A stretch of DNA of 59,955 bases, the filler included, from Circinaria calcarea (taxonomy: Eukaryota), in the NCBI GenBank assembly GCA_051942165.1. It is 4 parts of 4 records of this genome, joined end to end, with 100 filler letters (N's around TTAATTAATTAA, not from the genome) between each part and the next. Parts side by side here need not be neighbours in the genome. Positions count along the whole stretch, not along the records: positions 15,023 to 29,942 come from JAVECS010000397.1; positions 30,043 to 44,958 come from JAVECS010000398.1; 2 more parts are not named here. The stretch is one strand, 5' to 3'. Numbering within the stretch: position 1 is the first letter of the stretch; each line of letters starts with the position of its first letter. A program made the translations under genes and the position numbers. A model generated the notes under the pieces. The model saw only the letters and a list, made by a program, of their open reading frames with translations, had not been told where the DNA came from and did no database searches. Of this stretch, positions 24,670 to 37,062 are shown one piece after another.

Positions 24670-27600
24670 ATGGCCGAGGGGTTAGAACCGTCCACGGAAG
24701 GCTCCGGCTCTACAGACTCGGTGCAGCATGGCAAGACCTCAGTGTCATCATCGACGTTATCAAAGGGGCAAGACATCACCAATCAGATACTCCAATTCCT
24801 TTCCACTGCAAGCAATGAAACGCTCATCGCCTGCCTTCTTGCTCTGTCAGCGACCACATACTTCGTTCTTGGGCGGATCGGACTAGTTCTCATCGGGGTC
24901 GTCGGGGGTGTTGTGCTCCACGCTACCTGGGAGAGTAGTATTCAGAGTGGTGTCGATGATGAGTTCAGCGCCGCAGAGCTCAAGAGGAGAAGGGAAGTTG
25001 GACTGGACGTGGTACATAGGGTCTTGGACTGGCGGGATAAGAAAGAGAGCAAAAAAGGAGACCACGGAAGTGACGAACAGGACAAGGATGGAGTACTATC
25101 TCCTCGACAAGAGCCGAATTTTATGGACTTCCAGCCAGCTACCGGTGCAGCGTTGTCAAGTTTGGTTGATGCTGTTATTCGCGATTACGTGAAGTATGTA
25201 ACCCTGTGCTCCCTGGATTCAGTGAAAAGCTGACGGCAAAGGTGGTGGTACGCACCTATACTCCCATCTGATACCTCGTTTCCCGCTGCTTGCCGCCAAA
25301 CTCTTACAGGCTTCCTGCTTTCTATCTCGTCTCATCTATCGCGCAAGAGACCGGCCGATACGTTTCTCAACTTTCTGACCAATGCCAGCTCAATTGCCAT
25401 TGTTTTCTTAAGTGAATTATCAGGCGCTCTTATGGCTCCGGGGTTGTCTGATCTAGGAACACGTAGCGCAGTGCACTTATATCTTGACGAGAACCCGGAT
25501 AGCAATCTAGCCATTCTTTTGGACGTGGACCAGCAACAGACAAAGCTCAGGGCACTTTCTGAAGATATCTTACAGACATTTCTTGACGGTAAATCTTGCA
25601 ACTGTGAACCTGTGAAGATTTTCCTAAGGGAGATCCTTGCCGGTGTGATATTCGAAAGTATGGTCACGAGTTGTTCTAAACCCCAATGGATAAATGGTTG
25701 GATTGTATATTTACTGGAAGAAGGACAGCCGGACTTAATGAATGCCATTGACACCGGCGTGGGAGGTGCATCGGTCAAAGAATTGAAAAGCGCTGCAACT
25801 CAACAAGAGTTTAATCAGGCCAGCGCACAACTTAGCGTGGCGCAGGATGCTACGCTGGATGCGAAACAGGCGCCGTCTAATCACCAGAGGAAGGTTAGTA
25901 GAGCGGAGGATGCTATGGCGGAAGCTATGCAAGAAGCAAAGAGGCTGAGTGAAATGATTGCCTCGGAGGACGCCAGGAACAAACGTACGTCCGAGGATGC
26001 AGCATCTTCAAGTAACGACACTGAGGCACTTATCACACCCACTTCCTCTCATAGCGATCTCCAACAAAACGCGAGCAGCGGTCTGCAATCACTACGTGAG
26101 AAGGAAAACGAGAGTCCAGCCGACAAACCCTCGAGGGATGTTGCGGGAAGCCCTTCAAACTTTACAACCTTTGATCAGATTCTCGAGTCAGTACCACTCA
26201 CGGCGGTACAATCAGATTTGGGCACATCACAGACCCAGGGGCCACCACCTCTAACCTTACACAATGCAAACGTCTCTATTCTTGATGATACTCTACCCGG
26301 GGAGAAGACCAACATTCGCTCGAAACCAACGGCTGAGTATTATCTTCAAATTGAGCCTGCATCATCGCAACATCCCGGTTGGATCATAGCTAGGAAGTAT
26401 GCAGACTTCGAGACACTCCACGAAGTCCTACGTCGTATCTCTGTCATATCAGGGGTAGCAGCTTTCTCAAACAAGTATAGTGCTATACCGAGTTGGAAGA
26501 ATCAAACAAAAACATCTTTACGTTCTGGACTTGAGAAATACCTTCGCGATGCATTGTCTTACAGTCGTCTTGCAGAAAGTGAAGGTATGAAACGTTTTTT
26601 GGAGAAGGATCAGGGGACTAGCCGACCTGCCGTTGGCTCAAACAAGGGGCTTTTAGGATTCCCAAGCCCGGCGGCTTTCGAGACAATGGGAAAAGGCATG
26701 CTCGACGTACTAACTAGTGCCCCCAAAGGTGCAGCAGGCGGAGGCAAAGCGCTGATAGATGGAGTGAGTGGGGTATTTGGCGTTCAGAAGAAGCCCATTT
26801 CGCCTGCTCGACCTCCTGGTGCTAGCCGATCGGGTTCCATATCAAATGTTACTCGTACACAAGACGATGCTTTCACACCTGGCTCGCTAGGTAAATGGGA
26901 GAGCCGGGAGTCGCAAGATAGTTTACACACTCCAGGACTTGCTTCGGTGGATGAAGCAAAGCTCCCGCCTCTTCCTAGGCGACCTGATGCAGACGAGTAT
27001 ACATACCAGGGAAGGTCTCGGAAAGGGTCCATGTCATCAGAAGGAGATTTGATGAATGGATCTTCATCACTAAAGGATGTCCCAGTGGGCCATAACGTTA
27101 CTCTCCACAAGACGACGGTTATTCCCGCTCAGATTGACCCTCTATTACACCTGCCTCCCCCTCCCAGCGAGATTCCGGATGACTATAGCTCAGTGAACAA
27201 CTCACCCAGAACGTCAATGTCTGTCACAAATCTTTCCACATATCGTACTTCAACCAGCATTGCACCGCTATCAGTCCGATCGCCGTCCATTGAACACGCT
27301 CCTCCCGTAGCTCCAGACATTCCTGATAGCATGCTATCGTCACCTACCCCGGTTGTCCCTGGTGGTGATTACATTGGGGAGAGTAACCTAAAACCTAAGA
27401 AGCTCGTACGGGATGTACCGACACCACTTACAGAGCAAGAGACGCAGGTTGCAGTTGAGCTGTTCTTCGCCGTAATTAACGAACTCTATACCTTGTCATC
27501 CGCCTGGAATATCCGTCGGGCTCTCCTTAATGCAGCTAAAACCTTTCTTCTACGTCCATCAAATCCCAATCTTGAAGCAATCCGTGTACTTTTACAACAG

Positions 27601-27918
27601 ACAGTACTAGAAGCGAATACTTCTGATGTGGCGATAGCTACTCACCTTATGAAACTAAGAGAGAACTCATTGCCGACTGAGGAAGAGCTTGCGACATGGC
27701 CACCTCCTCCGAGTAGCGAGGAGACAGAAAAGCTCAGAGTGAAGGCGAGAAAACTTCTGGTCGAGAAGGGTATGCCCCAGGCACTCACGAGTGTCATGGG
27801 TGCTTACGCTAGCGGAGAGGCTCTCGGAAGGGTTTTTGACTCGTTACAAATCGAAAAGGTGGCCAGAGGATTCATGCTTGCTTTGCTGTTGCAAGGGATT
27901 CAAGCTATAACTCAATAA
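24670..27918 (+). CDS. PXA-PX domain sorting-nexin-like protein (Mdm1/Nvj3/SNX13-related) with N-terminal transmembrane hairpin
   Basis: Hydrophobic N-terminal hairpin, PXA signature LVDAVIRDYVK/WWY, PX core GWIIARKYADFETLHEVLRR...LEKYLRDAL, nexin-C-like end; one intron. Confidence 0.85.
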
Positions 27919-28882
27919 CGTGTGAACGATTTGATAAGGGAACTGGAATGGACTGCATGGCTTTGTGGCTACACTGGCTTTGTGGAGCAGCATCTTCGGA
28001 GGGGCATGGTGTTGAGGCATTATCGCAAGCCACATCAAAAGGTGGATTTGTGCTATCTCGGGCACTGTGCATCATGAAGATGCTCTGTATCCTGGGTTAT
28101 TATGCATACTCCAACTGTAGACCCAATCTCATAACCAACACTTTTGACATCCGAAAGACCGATCATGTGCAACATTCTCTGATGTTGGAGCCCAGTTGCT
28201 TAGACGGCTTCTTTACACCATTCTGCCTGACTGCCGGATTGAATTAAGCCTTCCAATCACACCTCGAGTTAAGGATCTCCGACTGAAGATCGCTCACATC
28301 AAAAGCCGCGTTTAGCGCTTAACTCTAATTAACCGAGGCACCTCAAATCTGGCGCAGCCGGCGCTAAACCCTAGTTTAATCACTTGGCTAGCTAGATTGA
28401 GGTTTTTCACCATCATCGTTGAAAGTCCCACTTGGGTTCACGATCCAAGTCGACCAATCGTGGAGTTTTGAAGCTTTATCGTTGAGAGTCGATGTCGATC
28501 TTTAAAGATTTGAACCACGGTTTGTTAATATTAGGTCGCGCTTACTTGCTACTAGCCTGATTTTGGGGCGTGTGTAAGATCGTAAGATTGGCTGATCTGT
28601 AGCGTACGGGAGATCGTCCCGCTAGTGGTAGATTACTTCGGGCCCGTGCTCGATCACTAACATGCCTAGCTTAGTTGAATGTGAAGTTAGCGTGGATATA
28701 GTATTAACCAGAAGGTTACGCGAGCGCGTCTCCATTCCAAACCTCATACTAAAATTCAATTACTTTAATAAAATCAGCTCAGTCGTGCCCTTTTCACATT
28801 ATAACAGTTACTTCAATCCGAAAGTATTACTCACCTGGACCTACAAGCGTCACTCATTCCAGCACAACCGCCTCATAACGCA

Positions 28883-29540
28883 ATGCCGCCCAAATCGAAA
28901 AAGCGCGCCCCGGCAACCGAAGACTACGATTCCGACAATGGCTTCGTAGCCGACTCCAAACCCACTGCTAAGAAAGCGAAGACGGCCAAAAGTGGGGGAT
29001 CTGCAAATTCGACTGGGAATAAGGATGTGCAGAAAGGGAAGAGCGTTAGTAGTGTGGGGATAAATGGGGAACAATTTTGGGAGGTTAGTCTATTCTGTTT
29101 GGAGGAGATAGGGTGGAGGCTGACATGGGCCTCGTTAGCTATCCGATAAACGACGGGTTGCGATTTCGGAATATGGGGGGAAGGAGATGATCAATATCAG
29201 GGAGTACTATGAGAAGGATGGAGAGTTGCTCCCGGGTAAGAAGGTAGGACTCGGCCCTCTAATTACAACCCGTGCACGGAACAGCTTACACTAACTTCAT
29301 ACCCAGGGCATCTCTCTACCGCTTGCGCAATTCAGCACCCTCATTACACTCCTACCGCAGATCGAGTCCGCGCTTGCAGCGAAGGGGGAGAGTATACCAA
29401 GACCGGACTATGGTGAGAAGGCTAAGGATGGGAACGCAGTAGAGGTGGATGAGGAAGAGGAGCGGGAAGAGGAGGAGGAGGAGGATGACGAGGGCTCAGG
29501 GAAGAAGAATTTTGAAGCGACGAGTGAAGAGGAAGATTAG
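28883..29540 (+). CDS. SUB1: Transcriptional coactivator PC4/Sub1 (ssDNA-binding)
   Basis: Spliced product FWE-LSDKRRVAISEYGGKEMINIREYYEKDGELLPGKK-GISLPLAQF is the PC4 domain; acidic tail; two introns. Confidence 0.9.
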
Positions 29541-29804
29541 CTTGGTGGTAGGCTGTGGCATAATTTGGACAACGCGAAGTCTGCATCCACGGGCTAACAA
29601 AATTGGACCTGAACATGTGGGTGACTTGAACCTCACACAAAAGTAATTAAAGCGTGTTTATCTCGATGACTACTCCAATTTCGCTCCCCCCCCCCCAATC
29701 CGTACTCCTTATCAGATGGTTAGATCAGCCGACTCTCGCACAACCCGAAACGTCTTGCTCTATCAGGGAAGAAAGGAGGTACAAAAAGAGGTACAAAAGG
29801 CAAA

Positions 29805-29923
29805 ACATACAACAGCTGGTATTCGCTGGTGGTCACCCACCCAACTACTAATCAGCCGATCTCAAGCTTATGTATGGCAGAGCGGACGGGATACCCAGTG
29901 TTCTTGAGTCTGTGGTCGTATGT
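29805..29923 (-). rRNA. 5S rRNA, dispersed copy
   Basis: Minus strand reads ACATACGACCAC...CCCGTCCGCTC...TTAGTAGTTGGGTGGGTGACCACCAGCGAA...TGTTGTATGT (119 nt), followed by oligo-T Pol III terminators. Confidence 0.97.
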
Positions 29924-29942
29924 GATAGTCAGTTAGCTTAAA

Positions 29943-30042
29943 NNNNNNNNNNNNNNNNNNNNNNNNNNNNNNNNNNNNNNNNNNNNTTAATTAATTAANN
30001 NNNNNNNNNNNNNNNNNNNNNNNNNNNNNNNNNNNNNNNNNN
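29943..30042. other. Artificial contig-joining spacer
   Basis: N44-TTAATTAATTAA-N44. Confidence 0.98.
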
Positions 30043-30614
30043 CCCAAACTTTTCCTTCCCTCCTTCTCTTCTCACAACCACAACTCTGTGTCCTTTGATC
30101 CCGTCGCCCTTTCGAGGTGTCTCTCGGTTGTATCACTGGTACGGTTCGACCGACTCATGGAGCCATCTTTCCCTCCCATAGGAAGCTCCTTTACAGGAAC
30201 GTGATGTCAATTTCCGGTCGACAGATTTGAGAGAGATTTGATCCCTTTGCAGAAGCCTGTAGCTCCCTTCACCTTTAGGTGACGGTGAGCTCGGTGGATG
30301 GAAGAGATTGAAGGCGTCATATTCCACTTCTCTTTGCTGATTGGCCGTTGGCTGGTGAGGCTAGGGATAAACCATGACTTTTGCCTACATACACATACTT
30401 TGGATACACATTTGAAATTTGGATAGGGTTTGGTCATAAAAGGTGAAGAGTTTCTGGTTCACGGTCATACTCATGGGGGATTGCTGTGTGTGCAGTTGCT
30501 GGAGAGATTTATTTGTTATCTATCGAATGGACTAGTTTCAACGCTGCGTGCTGAACTTATGTGATTCTGCATCGGTATTCTAAAAACTATGTCCGAACTA
30601 CATCGACTTGATCT

Positions 30615-31472
30615 TCACGGCAAAGGCAGACTCCCTATCTCCACATACTCAACCTCTTCCCCCTCTTCCTTTTCCACAGCCTTCGCTCCCATCTCGCAAA
30701 TACAGATTCTATCCAACCGTATGTCCTCCGCCCATACAAACCCTTCATACCTTTCCAACAATTGCTTCGCATCGAAACCCCTCGCACCCATCCTATCCTT
30801 CCCGTGACCACCTCCCTTCTTCCTGGCAGTCTTCTCCTTTGCGTAAATGGTATTGACAATCGTAGCGTGAAGGCGCAGAGGCCGAGAATCCGGGATGAGA
30901 AAGCCAGCTTCTGTAAAGGCGTTGCAAAGAGCGACACAGAAGGGATAGAGGCGGGAAGTAGCATCTGTAGGGGGGGCATAAAGAATGGACGTTGAAGTAG
31001 GCTCGTGCATGGGACGGAGGCCGTATAGACTAACAATGAGAGGTGGAGGGCTACCCTCCTTCTCTCCTTGTGATAAACTTTCAGATCGTGACAGACCCGT
31101 CGAGAGTTGACTATCCGTCTCAGGCTGTTCGGCAGCGTCTATGACGCCACCCTCGTCAACAGCTGCCTCCGTACCACCCTCTGGTAAAACAGCACCAGAC
31201 GCTCTCCGCAAAACTTCCAGGACATCAATACCCTGTAGAAACTCCAAAGCCGAAGCAACCCGTTGCGGACTCAGCAAACTCATCACCCCCAGCGTAAGAT
31301 GTAGCGTTCCGAGCGGCCGGATGGCCTTGTGCGGGATGGTAATTTCATTGTGACTGGAAGGCACTGTTACATCAGTGATGAACTGCTGGACTGATGCTTG
31401 CAACTGGGGTTTGGACAGTGGGTTGACGAGAGGAAGACAGAGGAAATGAGTCAGGGGAGGTTTGGGGGGCAT
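30615..31472 (-). CDS. AKAP7-like 2H phosphoesterase (2'-5' RNA ligase-like domain)
   Basis: LTHFLCLPL start, two HxT motifs (LHLTLGVM and LHATIVNT), FDAKQLL and ICICEMG. Confidence 0.85.
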   Translation of the reverse strand: MPPKPPLTHFLCLPLVNPLSKPQLQASVQQFITDVTVPSSHNEITIPHKAIRPLGTLHLTLGVMSLLSPQRVASALEFLQGIDVLEVLRRASGAVLPEGGTEAAVDEGGVIDAAEQPETDSQLSTGLSRSESLSQGEKEGSPPPLIVSLYGLRPMHEPTSTSILYAPPTDATSRLYPFCVALCNAFTEAGFLIPDSRPLRLHATIVNTIYAKEKTARKKGGGHGKDRMGARGFDAKQLLERYEGFVWAEDIRLDRICICEMGAKAVEKEEGEEVEYVEIGSLPLP

Positions 31473-32153
31473 GATGGGTGTGGTTGGACTTGTCAGAGGT
31501 TATCTAATGAGATAGTTCAGGGGGGTTGCGGTACGCATATTGTTGGGGAAAGCTGGCGGGATTCACTTCCAAGAGCTTTCCGACCGGTAGAACCTCTTCG
31601 GGTTATGTCAAATATGATAAAGATTTCTAGCCAACCCTAGCCAGTTCAAACGACTCCCTGAATTCGGTGTTTTGTCCATTGGGAGTACTTTCAGGAACGT
31701 ACATATCTAGAATTAGGGGCACATGGTAAACAAAAGTCAGAAATCTTCGCTAAACACGGTAGGGCTCAGAAGGGCTTTAGAAGGTACAGTGGAACTTTGA
31801 ATGACCCGCACCCGGGGACTGGAATCACGAAAAAGGGGAGGTAAAGATAAAGGGAAAGAATTGGGACTCATACCCTCTTTACTTAACACCGGGTCTATGT
31901 GAATGCACGGCGGTGGCTGACGGTGCGGGTTGGCATGAGATATATGGGTAGTCATGTCAGTGCGGCAAAGTGATGGCCTCAGATGGTAGGGACGAAAAAC
32001 TTCCTCAATGGTATCAACCCTAGTCTTACAACAATCATGGAGGCGTGATAGCCTCATAAGGACCACATGTACAGAATCGCTTGCGGAATCCATCCAATCC
32101 TCAATCACCTTAGAGCGACTGTCATCCAAGCTTCGCTATCATAGAGAAAGTCG

Positions 32154-32769
32154 TTAAGCCGACGAATCATTGTAGAACTGCTTGAGCCTCTTCTCGACTT
32201 CAGCGTACTCCACCTTGACCTCTGACAGGGTCTCCTTGACACGGTTTAAGCTCTTCTCGTCGTCCTTCTCCTCGACGGTGCCGCTCTCGTCCTTTCGCGA
32301 GCCGAAATTCTGGATCTTCTCGCAACTATCCTTGACTTTGGTCAACCCAAGTGTAGCCGAGGATCCTTTTAAGAAGTGTCCCAGTTGACTGAGTTGCGGC
32401 AGGTCCCCCTTTTGCCTAAATAGCGCATTAGGGTCAAGCTTATAGGTTTCTGGAGCAAGACGAGACGGATGATGCGGTCAATACTTACAGGCTAAGTTCC
32501 ATCTTTTTAAAGGTCCCCTCAGCTTGGTCGAAGAAGCCATAGACGATGCTCCGCGAGAATTCACGTTCTTCCTCGTCATCGTCCATCTCAAGGATCTGCT
32601 CGAACGTCAGGGGATCGATGCTATCGCCACAATCCGGGAGCGCGGGTGATCCATCCTCGGACTGTAAGAGACATGTAAGTCAACAAGCTCGTGTGAACGT
32701 CATATGTCTCAGTGTCGCTACCCAAGACATTCAAGGGATCCTTACCCGGCTCTCCAAGTTACTCGCCAT
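32154..32769 (-). CDS. YPD1: Histidine phosphotransfer (HPt) protein Ypd1
   Basis: Spliced product IDPLTFEQILEMDDDEEEREFSRSIVYGFFDQAE...LSQLGHFLKGSSATLGLTKVKDSCEKIQ contains the phospho-accepting His in GHFLKGSS; two introns. Confidence 0.95.
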
Positions 32770-34853
32770 GTTTCGCAGAGTGGTGAACTATTGCTGTCAA
32801 TTTCTCTACCGGTCGGTGCGTCTTGTGTGCTGATGTCCGTAGCGAGGAAGCTTTCGGTATGGATTTGGCCGGATCAATGAACGGAGGTAGGGCAATGCTT
32901 TGCTAGCGCCGTGATCCTCCGTTGTGATGTTACTGCCCAACACGCCCACTAAGTACATACGACCAAAGTTAACCACGCTGGACAATAGGGGCACATAAGC
33001 CTGATGTGTACGGATTGCGGATGAAGGTAAAGTCGCCAAGCACAGTCTGCAGCTTTTGAAATAACGGTCTGGTGATTGTCAGAATGCAAGGAGGGTGGGA
33101 AGCTTCGATAGAGCTTACAGAACGAATGGCTGGCAGGCTGACGAAAGGCTTTACTAATAGGACTTGCCCTTCACAGCCAATGGAGCTTGGCGGATATCGA
33201 GATAGGTCGGCTATTCTGGAGGATTTGGTTGATACGTTGATACCGGTGGGGTTAAGGATGGCTATTGGAGGGGTAAGGGGAATGGGGGAGGTAAGGCGGG
33301 TGGCCGGAAAAGGAACGGAGGGCAGGGTGTATCGTTGTGTTTGGAGAGAGATGCCAGACAAAGTGGTGCTGCAGTTTAAAGGCACGGCAAGACAAGGCGA
33401 GAGCTTTCGAGGGGTGGGTGAGGCAGCCCCGCCAAAGGTCCACAGCAGCAGCAACAGGAAATGTCAGCTCGAAGAAAGGGAGGTGACGACTATGATATCA
33501 TCGGCTGGCCTGTTCCAGCGGGAGGAACTGAAATAGCCGAGAGCTGCATGGCGTCTCTCGGTATTTGTCTACTTAGCCCGTACCCATGCCCTCTTCTGAT
33601 AATCAATTCTACAATCGTCACGAGCATGTGTCAGGTGAAGGCCGGCGGAAGAGGGAGAGGAGTAAACATCAACCATGATGCTTGCAATGAATATGCTATC
33701 GGCCACCAAAACCCCCCCAAATCTCGCCTCTCTCCCAAACTCAAGCGGGGACATTTCTTTACCTACCTACGGTAGGTGGAAACACGCCTGCAAGCAAGGA
33801 TCTCACCGCTGGTGATGCTTGGCGCCGGTGCTATGCTACAGACGGATCGCTCCTCTCGTGCCTTTTAGGGCCCTCGAAACTAAAGCACCAAAGTCCTCGG
33901 AGCCATGTCCTCCCAGAACTGGATCCGGAGGGTGGCTCGCATCAGGGAGATTCCAAAAGGGGTTCCTTTCCCAGCCGCCTTCGCCATTGGCGCCCGAGAT
34001 TACGATTATCGCTGCCGGCGAACTCGACAACGTGGTTTTGATAAAGGGACCCTGAAGTACATGAGTCGCAGCCGATGCAGGCATCCTGACGCTACTGCAC
34101 AGCTACGCAGGTGGACCGCGTCTCGTCGTCCAGGGTGCACCAGTTAGAACAAGAGACCGCACCTTCGGCCGACCCTAGATAATGCAGCCTTCTAGAGGTT
34201 GAGCAGAGCCGCAATCGAGGTAGACCACCCGGCCGGCCAAGTCCATTACCATTTCTCCGTTCGAGCTTCGAAATCGAAGACTTCCAAACACACTGGCAGC
34301 CCGCAAGCGCAAGAGCCATACAATTGCACGCTGCGAACGCGCAAGCGGGGTTTGCAAAACCATCATTGGGTGACCGTCACCGTCGTACAGCAGCTGATGA
34401 TCGACGGCGCTAGCTATGATTCACGATTAGGGTTGCTCGAGGCCGGAAGTCGGTTACACTCCGGTTACACTCTTAGTTTTGAATGGTCGCACACTGCTAC
34501 GTCGTACTCTTTCTCGGCAGAGCCCATGGAGCCAATTGCTGAAAGGCCGATGACGGCTGAAAGCTGGCAATGACGGAAAGTGGGACCGTCAACTGTGTGC
34601 CCCTGATGTTTCATGTATGGACAATGCATCTACCTAAAGGGACAGATCTATCTATACAACGGTACGAACAACCCAACTCAACCAATTCTTCGAGCAATCT
34701 CTATCAAAGACCCCGCAGTACGGTCCCACGGCGATCGTAAATGCGCGACGATGACGTTTTGGTGGTAGTGTAATTAGTACACACAGGTAGAAAGAGAAGG
34801 TTTGCGAGATAGGTATGGAGTGGTTGTAGGATAGCGTACGGGGTACTCGTCGA

Positions 34854-36509
34854 TCAGCTGGTTACAGTATGTATGCTTTGCGCCAGTCTACCGACGTTGG
34901 CGGATGTTATGCCGGCTACCGATATGCGACCGTCTTTCGTGGCGTACACAGAATGCTAGTTCAGAAGGAGATCAGCATAACGAATTGGAGCGGGTGTCGT
35001 CAAGTGTGTACTAACCTCTTTTGCTAGCTTGTCCATTTGCACGGGAGTTAAGCCAGTATACGCAAACATGCCGATCTGGAGGCCCATCAGCAACAGAGCT
35101 GCGTCAAAAGATCATAGTGGAGAATACTTGAGACGTGATGTGACCCCAGTCATGCTTGCTACCGAGATCCTCCAGATTCTTCTTCAACAACGCGCGCATC
35201 CTGATGATTCGGTCTGCCATTCCCTTCACTTCGCCTAGCCATTGCTGGTTCAGGCCGGGATCGCTGAGGATCTCGGAGGCAATTCGGGCACCATGAACCG
35301 GGGGATTAGAATATAATGGTCGTACTAAGATCTTAAGTTGGGAGTCTACCCGCTTCTTTTCTTCTGCCGATTCACAGACAATGGAAAAGGCTCCGACACG
35401 CTCACCATAAAGACCCTTGCACAACATCAGCCGGTAAACAGATTCAGGATTATAAACTTACCATGTTCTTCGCGAAGCTCTGGGCCAAGCACAGGGTATG
35501 GCCCTCCTTGATGAAGTGCCTTATGGGAAATGCATCCTTGTTGGTATCACCACTGGCAAAGCCCTGATAGGCCATGTCAAAGAAAGGATAATGTTTCTTC
35601 TCCTTCATCACGTCGCTGATTTGCTTCCATTGTGTTTCAGAAGGGTCGATGCCTGTCGGATTGTGGGCGCAAGCGTGCAACAGGATCATGCTTCCTTCCG
35701 GGGCAGATTTGAGGTCTGCAACCATCCCATCGAAATCTAGGCCAATTGTATCCTTGTTGTAGTATCGATATTTCTGGACTTGAAGGCCGGAGTCGCTGAA
35801 TACGGCGTTGTGGTTGGCCCAGCTCGGGGTAGGAATGTATATTTTATCGCCATTTGGAAAGAACCTTGCAAGGAACTCTCCGCCAATACGTAAAGCGCCA
35901 GTACCAGAGATCGATTGGGTAATGACAACTCTGTCTTCCTTGATCGGAGCAGAGTCAGGTCCATACGCCAGCAAAGCTGCGGCTTTCGTAAACGAAGGCA
36001 CCCCTGTAATACCGGCGTACTCCTTATTCAGCTTGGCCGCGACAATCTTTTCCTCAGCTGTTCGAACGGAAGGAAGAACATAGGGCTTTCCTTTGTCATC
36101 GCCTATAGGATCCATGTTGGTTTATGGCGGCGAAGGGCCTCGAGGAGAACATACGATATGCACCAACGCCTAGGTTGATTTTTTGGTCAAAGCTATCAGC
36201 CTTGAATGCCTCCGTAATACCTATCAATGTCAGCAGTTGATAATTTCGCGAGCTTGAAGATAGATTACCTAGGATTGCCTGACCCGAGGCCCATGCATTA
36301 GATCAAGTAGGATCACGGTGTCGAAGGGAAACTTACATCCTATACTACGGTTAGTTTTGAGTCAATAAGTGATTTAAGGGGTTACCTACCGGAGGACCTT
36401 GTGGTACATCTGCCCACGTCGACGCTGCTCTCGTAGAGCTCAGGAAATTTCTAGGAATGCATCGAGATGCACCTATTTGCCGACTAGCTAATCGAGTACA
36501 CGGCAACAT
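34854..36509 (-). CDS. AAT1: Aspartate aminotransferase, mitochondrial
   Basis: Arg/Ser-rich presequence; [66 protein letters not shown] (PLP lysine), DGRISVAG; seven introns. Confidence 0.96.
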
Positions 36510-37062
36510 TGTATATCTTGGATGTAGGGTAAGATTGACAGTTGATTTTGTCTGTATGGTTGTATTTTCGGTTTTCGAGAGACAGTTGATGTGCACAATG
36601 GGAATAGTAGAGATTTGATGAAAACGTCGAAGACGGAGAATCTGGAGAAGCAGTTTGGATTAAAGGCTCTTCCTCGAAACTAAAATGGGTAAGATTCCTT
36701 TAGCCCGTGGAGTTAGTACTGGCTTAGCGTGGTGAGCCTAATTAAGGTTTCGGGAGCACTACAACTGAATTGATCGACAAAGAAGACAAATTGGGAGAAG
36801 ACGCGCTGTTGAAATCTTACCTCGTGAAATTGGGCCTGTTATTTTGACAGATTGCACCACCAGCCTCCCCTAAGCTTCCACCCATATATGGGCTGCTCAG
36901 ATTCTAACACACCGTAAATCTAGACTCGAGGCCATTGTGGCTAGGCACTGGGGCAATTTACGGAACATGCTGTTGCCCCTCCGAGTCATTCGGACAACGC
37001 TGCGGGATATAACGACCTTGCACTAGAATATCAGTTGCCCTAGAAGCCACCCCGCGACCATC

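Noticed and set aside
28421..28436. GAAAGTCCC resembling RNase MRP/P conserved region I
   Set aside because: No matching downstream CR-V/P4 partner of the GGGGCTNAYT type was found.
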